A stretch of DNA of 64,000 bases, taken from assembly GCA_024693545.1 (NCBI GenBank), contig JAILKT010000060.1, positions 32,723 through 96,722 on the forward strand. Reading direction: 5' to 3'. Source of the DNA: Lachnospiraceae bacterium (GTDB lineage Bacteria; Bacillota; Clostridia; Lachnospirales; Lachnospiraceae). The notes below the pieces were generated by a model. The model saw only the letters and a program-made list of their open reading frames with translations. It ran no database searches and had not been told where the DNA came from. The position numbers were made by a program, and so were the translations under genes. Below are positions 9,025-18,033 of the stretch, in pieces. How positions within the stretch are numbered: the first letter of the stretch is position 1; every line of letters begins with the position of its first letter.

Positions 9025-9483
9025 TCAGACACACCTGAACGATACCTCTGTGATTATCCCGTTTTCATTTTGGGAGACGATCCCTATATACTCCGCAAGC
9101 GGGTCTATTGCATCCGGATCCGTACCGAGCGCGCTTTCCGCCACGACAGTCACCATATCCTCCCTGTCCGTCACGCGCAGCTCCCGTCCGCTCTTTGATA
9201 CAATCTTCATAACAAAAGTGATTTCCTCTCCCGCCGAATAAAAAAATTTCTTACCGAAATTCAGTACATCGGCTCCCCTTACTCTTACACCGTCATACAT
9301 CATCACGTCGCTGTTTTTGAGCGTTTCGGTGATATCAAGGATGTTTTCGTTCACCGCATCGGATAGTTTCCTTGAATTTTCGAACTCCATGATCATGATA
9401 CTGACGAATATAACTGCGAGGATCACGCCGGCCGCCATAATAAGCGACTGTCCCACAACCTCAAATCTGTTTCTTCTTATCAA
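9025..9483 (-). CDS. pilin-like candidate, paralog of 8475..8993
   Basis: 152 aa beginning MIRRNRFEVVG-QSLIMAAGVILAVIFVSIMIM. Confidence 0.45.
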   Translation of the reverse strand: MIRRNRFEVVGQSLIMAAGVILAVIFVSIMIMEFENSRKLSDAVNENILDITETLKNSDVMMYDGVRVRGADVLNFGKKFFYSAGEEITFVMKIVSKSGRELRVTDREDMVTVVAESALGTDPDAIDPLAEYIGIVSQNENGIITEVSFRCV

Positions 9484-9506
9484 TCCGCACCCCCTGCCGG
9501 TCCGAT

Positions 9507-11171
9507 TCAGACCATACCCAGAGAATCACTGTAACTGTTAAACATCTCAAGCGATCTGGAGATAAACGGAACAAGGAGATATCCGAATATCACGATCCCT
9601 CCCGGTATTACTCCGAGTATCCCGGCAAGCATGCTCTCATCCTCAAGTCTGAGCGATCTGTCAAGCCTTCTCTCCTCTCTCATTCCCTCAAGTTCCGCAC
9701 TCACTTCATCAAATGCATGTCTGACACCCAATGTGTCGGTCATTGAGAAAAATCCCGCAAGTCTTTTTAACGATCTGTCATCGCTTTGCTCCGTGAGATG
9801 TCTGAACGCATTATTCTCATCGGTGTTGTAATCCATTATTGTTTTTAACAATGCGGTCTCGGTAACCGAAGCAAAGCATATCATGCTCTCAAGCATGATC
9901 GGAACAGTCATTCCGTTCACATCTTTTTCGATATCGATCACCGCTTCGAACTGCATCACTTCTTCCCTGACCCTGCTGCCCAGCGCCGTTTCGACAACAA
10001 GCAACCCGCCGACAGGCATGAACCACCCCGCTGTAGCCAACGCGAGCATGATCATCAGGTCATAAGCGTTTATCTTCTCGTGTTCGTAGTCCATAAGTCT
10101 GTTGTAGAACTCCATGGCAACCCTGCCTGCATCTTCACTGCTCCTTATTCCGGAATTCATGATCTCATCCACAAGCTCGTTATCGGTATAATTCATGCCA
10201 CGCTCTACCGTGTTCACCATCAGGTACGGGATCACGCGGCGTGCGGTATTTATCTGCGCTGTGTCAGCAATTCCGAGTGTGTTTTCAATATCCGATGTAT
10301 CATAAACAAGATCCCTCCTCATATCGATATGACCGAGAAAGGCAGCGGTCAGAGAGGTAATAAAGAATGCTCCCGCAAACAAAAACGAAAGATACCATAT
10401 ACGCCCAACCCCGATCCTGATATCCAGCTTCTTCAGTTTTTTTTCGATAAAAGCACTAAATGAACTCAAAAATCTCTTCGGGACCCTCAGCTTCCTGCAT
10501 TTCGTTTTTCCTTTTCCGAACCTGTCTCTGAAGGAAACGGGATCGGAAAGTACCTGCACGGCAACAGCGCATATGATACTGAGTGAAAGTATCACGCCTC
10601 GCAGCGCCACGCCACCGCTCCCATGGTAGAAAGCCAAAAGCGAAGGGATCGTATCCGCAGCCCATTTGCCCAGCGGAAGGACAAAAAGGCACGGAACGGC
10701 AGCTGTGACCGCAAGTCCCTTAAACGCATGCAGACGCCTCAGGAGATAACGTCTTTCCTCTCTCATATCCACAACCGTTTTGAGAAGTGTTTCTCCGAAG
10801 GTACCGCTGCCGTTATCGCCGAACTCCTCGATCAGCCCGCAGACCGAGACAAGAAGTTTTTCATACGGAGACGTGAGCGATCCCCCAAGAGAGGCAGCTG
10901 TCAGACCTTCCGCTCCTTCGTTGCCGAAGGCCATCGTCATCCTGTAGGAAAAATCCTTAATGTATTTTCTTTTCGGATCAAAGGCTGCAAATACGGCATC
11001 GGCAAGCACGCTTTTTTCTCCGTACCTGTGCCTGAGTTCAAGGCAATAGTCCTCAAGCTCGATAAGGTATTTGATCCGTTTCTTTTGAAGTGCGGACGCC
11101 CTATATGAAGAAACTATTACAAATACGGCAATGACTACGGCCAGTATTTCATAAAAAATTTCACCATACAT
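9507..11171 (-). CDS. polytopic membrane platform protein, fused TadB/TadC (GspF-like) type
   Basis: 554 aa with several TM segments. It directly abuts the secretion ATPase gene (stop at 11172, start at 11171). Assigned by position, size and topology rather than by a strict motif. Confidence 0.6.
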   Translation of the reverse strand: MYGEIFYEILAVVIAVFVIVSSYRASALQKKRIKYLIELEDYCLELRHRYGEKSVLADAVFAAFDPKRKYIKDFSYRMTMAFGNEGAEGLTAASLGGSLTSPYEKLLVSVCGLIEEFGDNGSGTFGETLLKTVVDMREERRYLLRRLHAFKGLAVTAAVPCLFVLPLGKWAADTIPSLLAFYHGSGGVALRGVILSLSIICAVAVQVLSDPVSFRDRFGKGKTKCRKLRVPKRFLSSFSAFIEKKLKKLDIRIGVGRIWYLSFLFAGAFFITSLTAAFLGHIDMRRDLVYDTSDIENTLGIADTAQINTARRVIPYLMVNTVERGMNYTDNELVDEIMNSGIRSSEDAGRVAMEFYNRLMDYEHEKINAYDLMIMLALATAGWFMPVGGLLVVETALGSRVREEVMQFEAVIDIEKDVNGMTVPIMLESMICFASVTETALLKTIMDYNTDENNAFRHLTEQSDDRSLKRLAGFFSMTDTLGVRHAFDEVSAELEGMREERRLDRSLRLEDESMLAGILGVIPGGIVIFGYLLVPFISRSLEMFNSYSDSLGMV

Positions 11172-12821
11172 TCATCCACCTCCCGCCGCCATGTTCATTC
11201 CTCTTATTGCCATCTCATCTTTTTTGACATAACATGACCTCACGGGGTCAAAGACTATGATATCCTTAAGCTCATAGAACGGCGGTCCCGATGCTTCAAG
11301 CGGGATTATCCTTGTAATACGCTCGACATAATGACGTCCCTGTGTATCCCTGACCATATGTACATCGAAGCCGATACTGTCAACAACCTGCTTCTCGGCA
11401 ACCGCTGCATCTGTTATCCCGAACTCGCACATAAGCGCATTTCTCATATACTCTATCAATTTCTTTGTCGATTCGTGGTGAAGCGTGGTGATCGCCATAC
11501 GCGAACCCGATTGAGATATCTGTATAAACGCTCCGGCGACTCTCGGCTCATTTACCTCTCCGATAAGAAGTACATCGGTATCCATCTTTTTTGTCGCCGT
11601 GATGGCATCGTAAATACTGAAATCTCCTCTTTCCTGGAGCATGTGGATATTTCTTTCGGGATAAAGATTGTTAAGATCGAGTTCGAATGAACTCTCAACG
11701 ACTCTTATAGAATAAAGAGGGTCTATATAAGCTACCAGGGACTTAAGCAGTGTTGTTTTACCGCCTCCTGTATTTCCCGATATACAAAAGCTCTGTTCCG
11801 TCCTTACAAGAGTCGTTAGTATTTCTATAACATCCTCTGCACCGTTATGAACAAGCAGCGTTCTTATATCGGCCGGCGAAGAGCTCCTGTACTTTCTGAC
11901 ATAAAACGTATAGCCGTCGGAAACGGGCGGTCTTGAAACCATTACCCTTGAATTGTCTTTCATTGTCGCGTGAATGACCGGGTCTTTCTGAGAAAGCGCA
12001 GCCCTCGAATTATATCTGTAAATATTCTTTACGACACGTTCCAAAGCCGCACCGTTTCCGAAGGAAAGGAATTTAAGCCTTACGGTTCTTCCCTCAAAGA
12101 CACAGTAAACAGTATCAAACGAACGACTTGAAATATCCTCGTTTCCCGACTCCAATTCGCTTATGTAATCATAATCCAGTCTTGTTCTTCCTCCGACACC
12201 GGCACTCACACCGTCTATTGAAGTGTCATTTATAAGCAGATCGGTGCAGTCATGTCCGTAAAGTATCTCATACACCCTTTGAACAAGAGTATCGAGCATC
12301 TCGTTATATCCGCCGTTTCCTTCAGAAAGCCCGTATGCTTTTCTTATATCCCCTGAAGTAATAATGCTTTTTCCTTCCCATCCGTACTGCGAGACCATCC
12401 CTGCAAAAACATCCCTGCCGCAGTTTGCCGCTATGCAGATATACATATGTTCAAACATGAGCAGCGGACTCATCCGCTCCGGTTCATCAAACGGAATGAA
12501 AAGCGTTCCCCTTCCGTATCTGTCACCCGTCATTTCGATGATCATCGACTTGATACGGTCCTTCAGATACTCTCTTTCGCTCCGGTCGCCCAGACACGCT
12601 TCTCTGACCGCCCGCATGATATGCGTTCGTTCTTCGTCGCTTTCGTCCCGGGGATCGAGGATCAGTCCGTTGATCCTGCTCCTGACTCTTTCACAGAGTT
12701 CCTCCATGCTGTTCGGCGGCGGCTCGCGATCGCGATTTTTCTTTCTTTCCGGAAGATACATTACAAGAAATATCGTTGCCGCTCCGACCGCTATAAGCGT
12801 TATCAAAAAGATCATAGGCAT
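11172..12821 (-). CDS. CpaF/TadA-type secretion ATPase (T2SS/T4P/T4SS VirB11-like family)
   Basis: Walker A GNTGGGKTTLLKSL, Walker B DVLLIGEV, His box TTLHHES. Confidence 0.88.
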   Translation of the reverse strand: MPMIFLITLIAVGAATIFLVMYLPERKKNRDREPPPNSMEELCERVRSRINGLILDPRDESDEERTHIMRAVREACLGDRSEREYLKDRIKSMIIEMTGDRYGRGTLFIPFDEPERMSPLLMFEHMYICIAANCGRDVFAGMVSQYGWEGKSIITSGDIRKAYGLSEGNGGYNEMLDTLVQRVYEILYGHDCTDLLINDTSIDGVSAGVGGRTRLDYDYISELESGNEDISSRSFDTVYCVFEGRTVRLKFLSFGNGAALERVVKNIYRYNSRAALSQKDPVIHATMKDNSRVMVSRPPVSDGYTFYVRKYRSSSPADIRTLLVHNGAEDVIEILTTLVRTEQSFCISGNTGGGKTTLLKSLVAYIDPLYSIRVVESSFELDLNNLYPERNIHMLQERGDFSIYDAITATKKMDTDVLLIGEVNEPRVAGAFIQISQSGSRMAITTLHHESTKKLIEYMRNALMCEFGITDAAVAEKQVVDSIGFDVHMVRDTQGRHYVERITRIIPLEASGPPFYELKDIIVFDPVRSCYVKKDEMAIRGMNMAAGGG

Positions 12822-13588
12822 TCTCCTATTTCTTTCGAGATACCTTTTACCGAGTCAAAGAATTCTTTTTCAATCCCGCTCCAGCTGCACTCAAGCCCTT
12901 CGTTTATAAATCCCGGAACGCTGCAACCGTTTATGGCATCCAGATAATCACTCAGATAAGGCAGCCTGAGTACCTTCTTCCTTTTCATAAAGCGGTATCT
13001 TCTCGTAAAATAGCCGGCAGTGTATCTGCTTTTCGTATCGTACATTCCGATCAGAAACAACGTTTTCTTCTTTCCCTCCGGAACCCCCCATTTTTCGAGT
13101 TCATCCATCATTCTGGGTGACTGTCTCAGGCAGATGACAAGTATATCTGCAGCTTCTATCTGCTCCTTGGTCCTGTCCGAATAACCGGGATTCAGCTCTG
13201 TGATAAGATTTCCGCATGTATCATGTGCAAGCGTCAATATCCTGCTTTCGATATTCCTTGTGTGCTTGTCATCATATAGCTCCCTGCACCTGTTTCTTCC
13301 TCCCGGAAGCAGAAGGAGATTTTCTCCGGCAGGGACAGTATTATCCATGATCTGCTTTTCCGATAACTGCCCGGTCTTGAACTCACGTACAAGACGATCG
13401 ATCCCTTTTCCGGATATCATTTCTTCTCCTTTGCCTTGCGGAAGAAGCGGGATTTCAAGATCATTCATACAGTAATGTGTTTGAGTGATAAGAATGCTTC
13501 TGCCCGAGGACGCGAGCGCAACGGCTCCCGCAAGTGCGCCTGCCGTCACGCCGCAGCCGTGCATGGGGCTCCAGAAGGCTATCCTCAT
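12812..13588 (-). CDS. MinD/ParA-fold TadZ/CpaE-like protein with a degenerate P-loop
   Basis: The N-terminus MRIAFWSPMHGCGVTAGALAGAVALA aligns to the IAV.S.KGG.GKTT P-loop region, but the Lys/Thr are absent. It occupies the TadZ position upstream of the ATPase. Confidence 0.45.
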   Translation of the reverse strand: MRIAFWSPMHGCGVTAGALAGAVALASSGRSILITQTHYCMNDLEIPLLPQGKGEEMISGKGIDRLVREFKTGQLSEKQIMDNTVPAGENLLLLPGGRNRCRELYDDKHTRNIESRILTLAHDTCGNLITELNPGYSDRTKEQIEAADILVICLRQSPRMMDELEKWGVPEGKKKTLFLIGMYDTKSRYTAGYFTRRYRFMKRKKVLRLPYLSDYLDAINGCSVPGFINEGLECSWSGIEKEFFDSVKGISKEIGECL

Positions 13589-13592
13589 ATGA

Positions 13593-14261
13593 TTACCTCC
13601 ATCTTCCGAACAGCTTTGTCACTGCCTTCCCAACCACAAGTTCATCGATTCCGGGAAGTATCTCGCCAATAAGCCCCCTGATCACTTCTCTCATGCCGGG
13701 TGAAACCCTGTATGTCTCCGTATTGTTACAGATCCCTTTTCTGTAAAGGGTTACCGCATCAACACTGTCGTATTCGAGAGCGTAGATATTCTTAATCCCG
13801 TATTTGCTCCCGATCATAGTTATGAGTCCGAGGCTCTGCCCCGTATAATTGCGGATAACAATACCATCGGGACAACCGATGAATTTTTCACGGGCGCTCT
13901 CGCTTCTTAAAGAGTAGATGTTTTCATTCATGACAAGGTATGTTTTGTCAATGCTGACCTGAGCGAGACGTTCGTCTGATATGTTGTCGCACAGGCAAAT
14001 GACCACATCCGAAACAAAAAGGTCATCGGAAAGTATCGTATCCCGATCACACGGAAGGTAAACCGTACCCATATAAGTCGTGTGTTTTTCGATACTCTGA
14101 GGTCTGGGGATCGGTATATAAGAAGCTATCCGCTTTTCGTGTGTGAAATCAGCTATTCCGCAGCTGTAACCGAGCCTTGTCAGAACTCCCGTTATGTATA
14201 TGACTATATCTTCCATGCAGTCGCCGCAAAAAGCGACCATATATTTATCTTCCAATATCAT
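13593..14261 (-). CDS. second TadZ/MinD-like degenerate protein
   Basis: 222 aa beginning VAFCGDCMEDIVIYITGVLTRLGYSCGIADFT. Same positional logic, no Walker A. Confidence 0.35.
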   Translation of the reverse strand: MILEDKYMVAFCGDCMEDIVIYITGVLTRLGYSCGIADFTHEKRIASYIPIPRPQSIEKHTTYMGTVYLPCDRDTILSDDLFVSDVVICLCDNISDERLAQVSIDKTYLVMNENIYSLRSESAREKFIGCPDGIVIRNYTGQSLGLITMIGSKYGIKNIYALEYDSVDAVTLYRKGICNNTETYRVSPGMREVIRGLIGEILPGIDELVVGKAVTKLFGRWR

Positions 14262-14880
14262 ATTCTCTCTCCCTTATCTGATCACTTACCGCATCGTTCG
14301 GTTGATATGACACGTCTGCCGCCGATTGGGCAAACGGATCGATGTATCTGGCCGCATACAACGTGACCCCCGGCACACCGTTCCGGTCAGCCATAGCGCT
14401 GTTGAGAGTCAAAAGTTCGCTTTCGCGTACCCTGATCACCGACATGCCTGTCGATGCATTGTAATCGATCAATTCTTTCTTCGATACGACAACATAATCG
14501 GTTCCGTCGGCGCACATCAGTCGAACATCTATATAATCCCCTGTTTTTATATTTGGTCCGATACCTATGGGCCCGAACGAGATTTCTCTTTCATCTTTGC
14601 TGACACTGCCGTCTTTTCCGGTGTCACCCGCCCTGTTAAGGGCTGTTTCGTCCTCAGAGACATCTTCACAGAGGGCGCCCCCTTCATCCTGATCGTCCGA
14701 CGATCCTCCTCCCGGCCCGGAGCCGTTTTCCTGTGCAAGAGCACCTGCGTTCCCTGCCCCGAACGGTCCCAAAAACAAGACTGCCAAAACAGCCGCCGCG
14801 GCAATCAAAGGAATCACCAGGAGCCTTAAAGCCTTTTTCCGCTTTTTGCCCTTTGTTCCCACAATCTTAAATTTTTTCAT
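14245..14880 (-). CDS. CpaB/RcpC-like pilus assembly protein
   Basis: Basic N-terminus plus a TM helix, a low-complexity linker, then a C-terminal block (IKTGDYIDVRLMCADG..VVVSKKELID) resembling the CpaB C-domain. It is the first gene of the operon. Confidence 0.55.
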   Translation of the reverse strand: MKKFKIVGTKGKKRKKALRLLVIPLIAAAAVLAVLFLGPFGAGNAGALAQENGSGPGGGSSDDQDEGGALCEDVSEDETALNRAGDTGKDGSVSKDEREISFGPIGIGPNIKTGDYIDVRLMCADGTDYVVVSKKELIDYNASTGMSVIRVRESELLTLNSAMADRNGVPGVTLYAARYIDPFAQSAADVSYQPNDAVSDQIREREYDIGR

Positions 14881-15068
14881 AATCCCCCTAAAACATCTGA
14901 ATTCAACTTTGTCTTAATCCCCCGCTCAAAACAGCAAAGGGTTCTTTCACTGAGATAAAACAATCGGAAATACTTCTGTGATACACATGAATTAACATAG
15001 ACAGGATCTTTAACAGATCCCCCGAATGAGTCGGTGCACATATAATAACATGCATATATCTGTCATGT

Positions 15069-15109
15069 AAAGAAAAAAGAGTCCGTCATTTTTCATAAAA
15101 ATGACGGAC
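15069..15109 (-). terminator. rho-independent terminator after the CYTH gene
   Basis: On the minus strand a perfect 13-bp stem GTCCGTCATTTTT/AAAAATGACGGAC with a 3-nt loop is followed by TCTTTTTTCTTT. Confidence 0.8.
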
Positions 15110-15135
15110 CAAATTTGGTCAAAATATACAATTAC

Positions 15136-15669
15136 TTACGTAGCCGAGACTTTACAACTCTGTATGATATCGGACACATCTTTTGCGGCCGACAGATATC
15201 CGTTTTTATATCTCTTGTCACCGGATACATTCTTTATCATCCATGACGGAGGCACAAACGCATTAGCCGCCTCGATGGTCGGAAATTCAACCTCGGCAAA
15301 GCGGAGACCTTCAAGAGCGCCGTGAAAGATATCGAGTTCGGCATAGACGTTAATGCTCCGTCCTCCGCATTCATAAGGCTCAAGCGGAACGATGCAGCGC
15401 GTCTTTGAGATCAGATTACCGTCTCTTTTCGCCTTAAGGCTTTCGTATGTCCGGGCGTCAATCTCGGTCTCATGCTCTTCGTTACATAAAACTTCACTTC
15501 CGCCGGAAGCCACCTTAAACTTAACGGTCAATATAAATCTGTCGTCCTGTTTTCTTACCCTGATCGTCGGATCACGATTTACATAGGCCTGCTCTATTTC
15601 TTTTTTCTCTAACGCACCCGGATCAAACGGAAGATCGTCGCTTATGAGATATTTGCTTTCAATTTCCAT
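15136..15669 (-). CDS. CYTH-domain protein (CyaB/ThTPase-like triphosphate tunnel enzyme)
   Basis: MEIESKYLI matches the N-terminal signature EiE.KfL. The start is moved to the ATG at 15669 after GGAGGAAAGC. Confidence 0.75.
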   Translation of the reverse strand: MEIESKYLISDDLPFDPGALEKKEIEQAYVNRDPTIRVRKQDDRFILTVKFKVASGGSEVLCNEEHETEIDARTYESLKAKRDGNLISKTRCIVPLEPYECGGRSINVYAELDIFHGALEGLRFAEVEFPTIEAANAFVPPSWMIKNVSGDKRYKNGYLSAAKDVSDIIQSCKVSAT

Positions 15670-15701
15670 GCTTTCCTCCAAGCTCAGAAGCCGCTGCAGT
15701 C

Positions 15702-16505
15702 TCAACTGTAGTTCCCTACTGCCGACGTCTTTCCCTCAAGCAGATCCATCATATACTCAATGAATTTGACCGCATTATCTTTATGGGTTCCGTTGATCAC
15801 GACGGAATAGTAATAATTCAGCCTGACATCATACGATGAATACTTTTTAACAAAATCAGAAATGTCCACTGCATAAGGCGCCGACGGCATTATAACGGTC
15901 TTATCGTAATCGGGATCATAAACCTCCGGTTCCAGCCATACCAGCTTGTCCTCGACTCTTTTATAGAGTTCCTCCGGAAGTATTTCCCTAAGGTCCCATA
16001 TAGCTTCGCTGTTGACATCGGTCCTCAGTTCCGCCATCGGGCATATAAGGGCATCGATCTCGGCTGCCGCCAAAAGAGCCGCAAACTTATAACGTCCCGC
16101 GGAGTCACTCTCATCAAACGAAAATGCCGTATCAAAATATACATCCTCGAGATCTGGATCATTTATCACAAGATCCCTGAATCCTCCCCGGAACTGATCC
16201 ATATCACGCTCCGTAAAAGGATTGGAAAACACAGCCGCATAGTAGACCGGCATAACCTTCGGTCCGAAGATCGTAACAAACGCATATATGAGAATGGCGA
16301 CAACCGCGATACTGACAAGCAGTTTCTTCAGGATATAATCCTTGAAATATTGCCACTTCCCTTTTCTGTCGAGACTCTTAAAAGTTTCTCTGTCAGTCCG
16401 TTTTTCTCTTTTGGAATAAATAGCCGAATTATCCGGTAATACAGTTTTTTTGTTGTCACCTGCTTCAATTCTCATTCGCTTATGACATGTGCGATCGCGG
16501 GGCAT
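15702..16505 (-). CDS. hypothetical single-pass membrane protein
   Basis: 267 aa with a TM helix LLVSIAVVAILIYAFVTIF. No family recognised and the start codon is uncertain. Confidence 0.45.
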   Translation of the reverse strand: MPRDRTCHKRMRIEAGDNKKTVLPDNSAIYSKREKRTDRETFKSLDRKGKWQYFKDYILKKLLVSIAVVAILIYAFVTIFGPKVMPVYYAAVFSNPFTERDMDQFRGGFRDLVINDPDLEDVYFDTAFSFDESDSAGRYKFAALLAAAEIDALICPMAELRTDVNSEAIWDLREILPEELYKRVEDKLVWLEPEVYDPDYDKTVIMPSAPYAVDISDFVKKYSSYDVRLNYYYSVVINGTHKDNAVKFIEYMMDLLEGKTSAVGNYS

Positions 16506-16541
16506 CCGACGAAAACACTATCTCCTTTATCTTTTTTTCGC

Positions 16542-16570
16542 TTGACAATAACCGTCTCAATCTGTACAAT
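16542..16570 (+). promoter_or_regulatory. sigma-A promoter for tRNA-Thr
   Basis: TTGACA (16542-16547), a 17-nt spacer, then TACAAT (16565-16570) preceded by TG. The tRNA starts 15 nt downstream. Confidence 0.7.
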
Positions 16571-16584
16571 TCTTTAATGTTGAT

Positions 16585-16657
<73 letters not shown>

Positions 16658-16662
16658 TATCA

Positions 16663-16708
16663 CCGCAAGCCCGCTTATATCATGGGTTTGCGGTTTTTAT
16701 TTTTTTCT
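16663..16708 (+). terminator. rho-independent terminator of the tRNA gene
   Basis: 10-bp stem CCGCAAGCCC/GGGTTTGCGG followed by TTTTTATTTTTTT. It overlaps the last codons of the convergent 432-aa gene. Confidence 0.75.
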
Positions 16709-17978
16709 TATCGTTATCAATAAGATCTATCGCCAGTTTCTCAAACAGTGTTCTGAAATCAACAGGCTTTGAAAAAAACGCCGAAAAACCATACTCTATC
16801 GACTTTATGACATCTTCATTAAAATTATTGGATGTCACCGCATAAACAGGTATTTCATGCGAGTCGTCTTTTCCCGATATCCTGATACACCTTGTCGATG
16901 AATATCCGTCAAGGATAGGTATGTCAATATCCATCAAAATTGCATCATATGTTCCCGCAGGCTTTGAGACGAACTGTATCACAGCCCTTCTGCCGTCTTC
17001 GGCAACATCCACCTGTGCGCCGGCTCCCTCAAGCAGTTCCCGCATAACCTCTATATTAAGTTCATTGTCCTCAACAACAAGTATCCTTTTTCCGGAAAAA
17101 TCATAGTTATGCTGATTTATGCCGTTTTTTTTCATTCCCGATGTATAAACAAAATCTTCGGGGATTTCGGTTTTTTCTTCTTTAACCGCAGCCTTTTCCG
17201 ACACTTCCTTTCGGACATTATATGTGATCTTGTTTATCGCACCGTCACTGAGCTCACCGTGTCCGAACAGATCAAGATCTTCGTCCGAATCTTCGTTTTC
17301 ACGGATAAACGCCATTGATCTGTCAAGCTTTCTGGCTTCTTCACTTATTTTTTTGATCCTGTCCGTAAGGCGGACAATGTCATCCTTGTTTTCATCTGCG
17401 AGCTCAGTCATTCCGATGATCCCGCTGAGGGGAGTCTTGATCTCTTTGTATATACGGCTTATAAGCGCTTTCTTGGATTCAAGCTTATCCCTGGCCTGTA
17501 TAACGGCATCACTGAGTTCCTGTCTGGCCTTCAGGTCCTTACCGGTCTCTTCGTCAACAAGACGGAAACATGAAAAGAAACAGACATCATCCGAAATGTG
17601 TTTTGTCGGCACAATATTCTTCACCTTGACCCATCTGTAGTTACCTGTTTCATCGGCAAGCCTGAAATTGAGTTTTGTGACGTATATTCCGCTGTTAATA
17701 AGCTCCGAGACCCTGTCAAGATCAAAGAATTCCTTAAAAGCCTGTTTGTCATCGGGGTGTACCATCTTTTCGGCCATAAGAATGACCTCTATATTTACAA
17801 ACCCTTTTCCCGGCCATAGACTCTTTTCGTTTCCCATAAGAGAAACAAAACTTCCCGTCTTCAGATCCACTTCAAAGATTTCGGCATAATAATCACGCCA
17901 AACCTGGAGCAGCTGTCTTGCACGCTGCTCCGTTGTATAATGCTCAAGGCTTTCGATACTGAATTCTTTTTGCTCCAT
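16680..17978 (-). CDS. PAS / degenerate HisKA (His replaced by Lys) / receiver-domain protein lacking a catalytic ATPase domain
   Basis: PAS-like block (VHPDD...FRLADETGNYRWVKV). The H-box region reads IYKEIKTPLSGIIGMTEL where the canonical sequence is SHEIRTPLNGIIGM. The REC domain is intact (ILVVEDNELN, ILMDIDIPILDG, AVTSN, FSKP). No N/G1/G2 boxes are present. Confidence 0.75.
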   Translation of the reverse strand: MEQKEFSIESLEHYTTEQRARQLLQVWRDYYAEIFEVDLKTGSFVSLMGNEKSLWPGKGFVNIEVILMAEKMVHPDDKQAFKEFFDLDRVSELINSGIYVTKLNFRLADETGNYRWVKVKNIVPTKHISDDVCFFSCFRLVDEETGKDLKARQELSDAVIQARDKLESKKALISRIYKEIKTPLSGIIGMTELADENKDDIVRLTDRIKKISEEARKLDRSMAFIRENEDSDEDLDLFGHGELSDGAINKITYNVRKEVSEKAAVKEEKTEIPEDFVYTSGMKKNGINQHNYDFSGKRILVVEDNELNIEVMRELLEGAGAQVDVAEDGRRAVIQFVSKPAGTYDAILMDIDIPILDGYSSTRCIRISGKDDSHEIPVYAVTSNNFNEDVIKSIEYGFSAFFSKPVDFRTLFEKLAIDLIDNDKKKIKTANP

Positions 17979-18033
17979 TTATCCTTAATCAACCTCATAT
18001 GTGCCGCTGCCGGCAGCTAAAGTCATCAAACGA

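Noticed and set aside
15136-15669. Functional link between the CYTH (CyaB-like) gene and the cyclase-like sensor at 55214-57583
   Set aside because: They are 40 kb apart in different transcription units. The CYTH gene has its own strong terminator, and nothing beyond a shared broad theme connects them.
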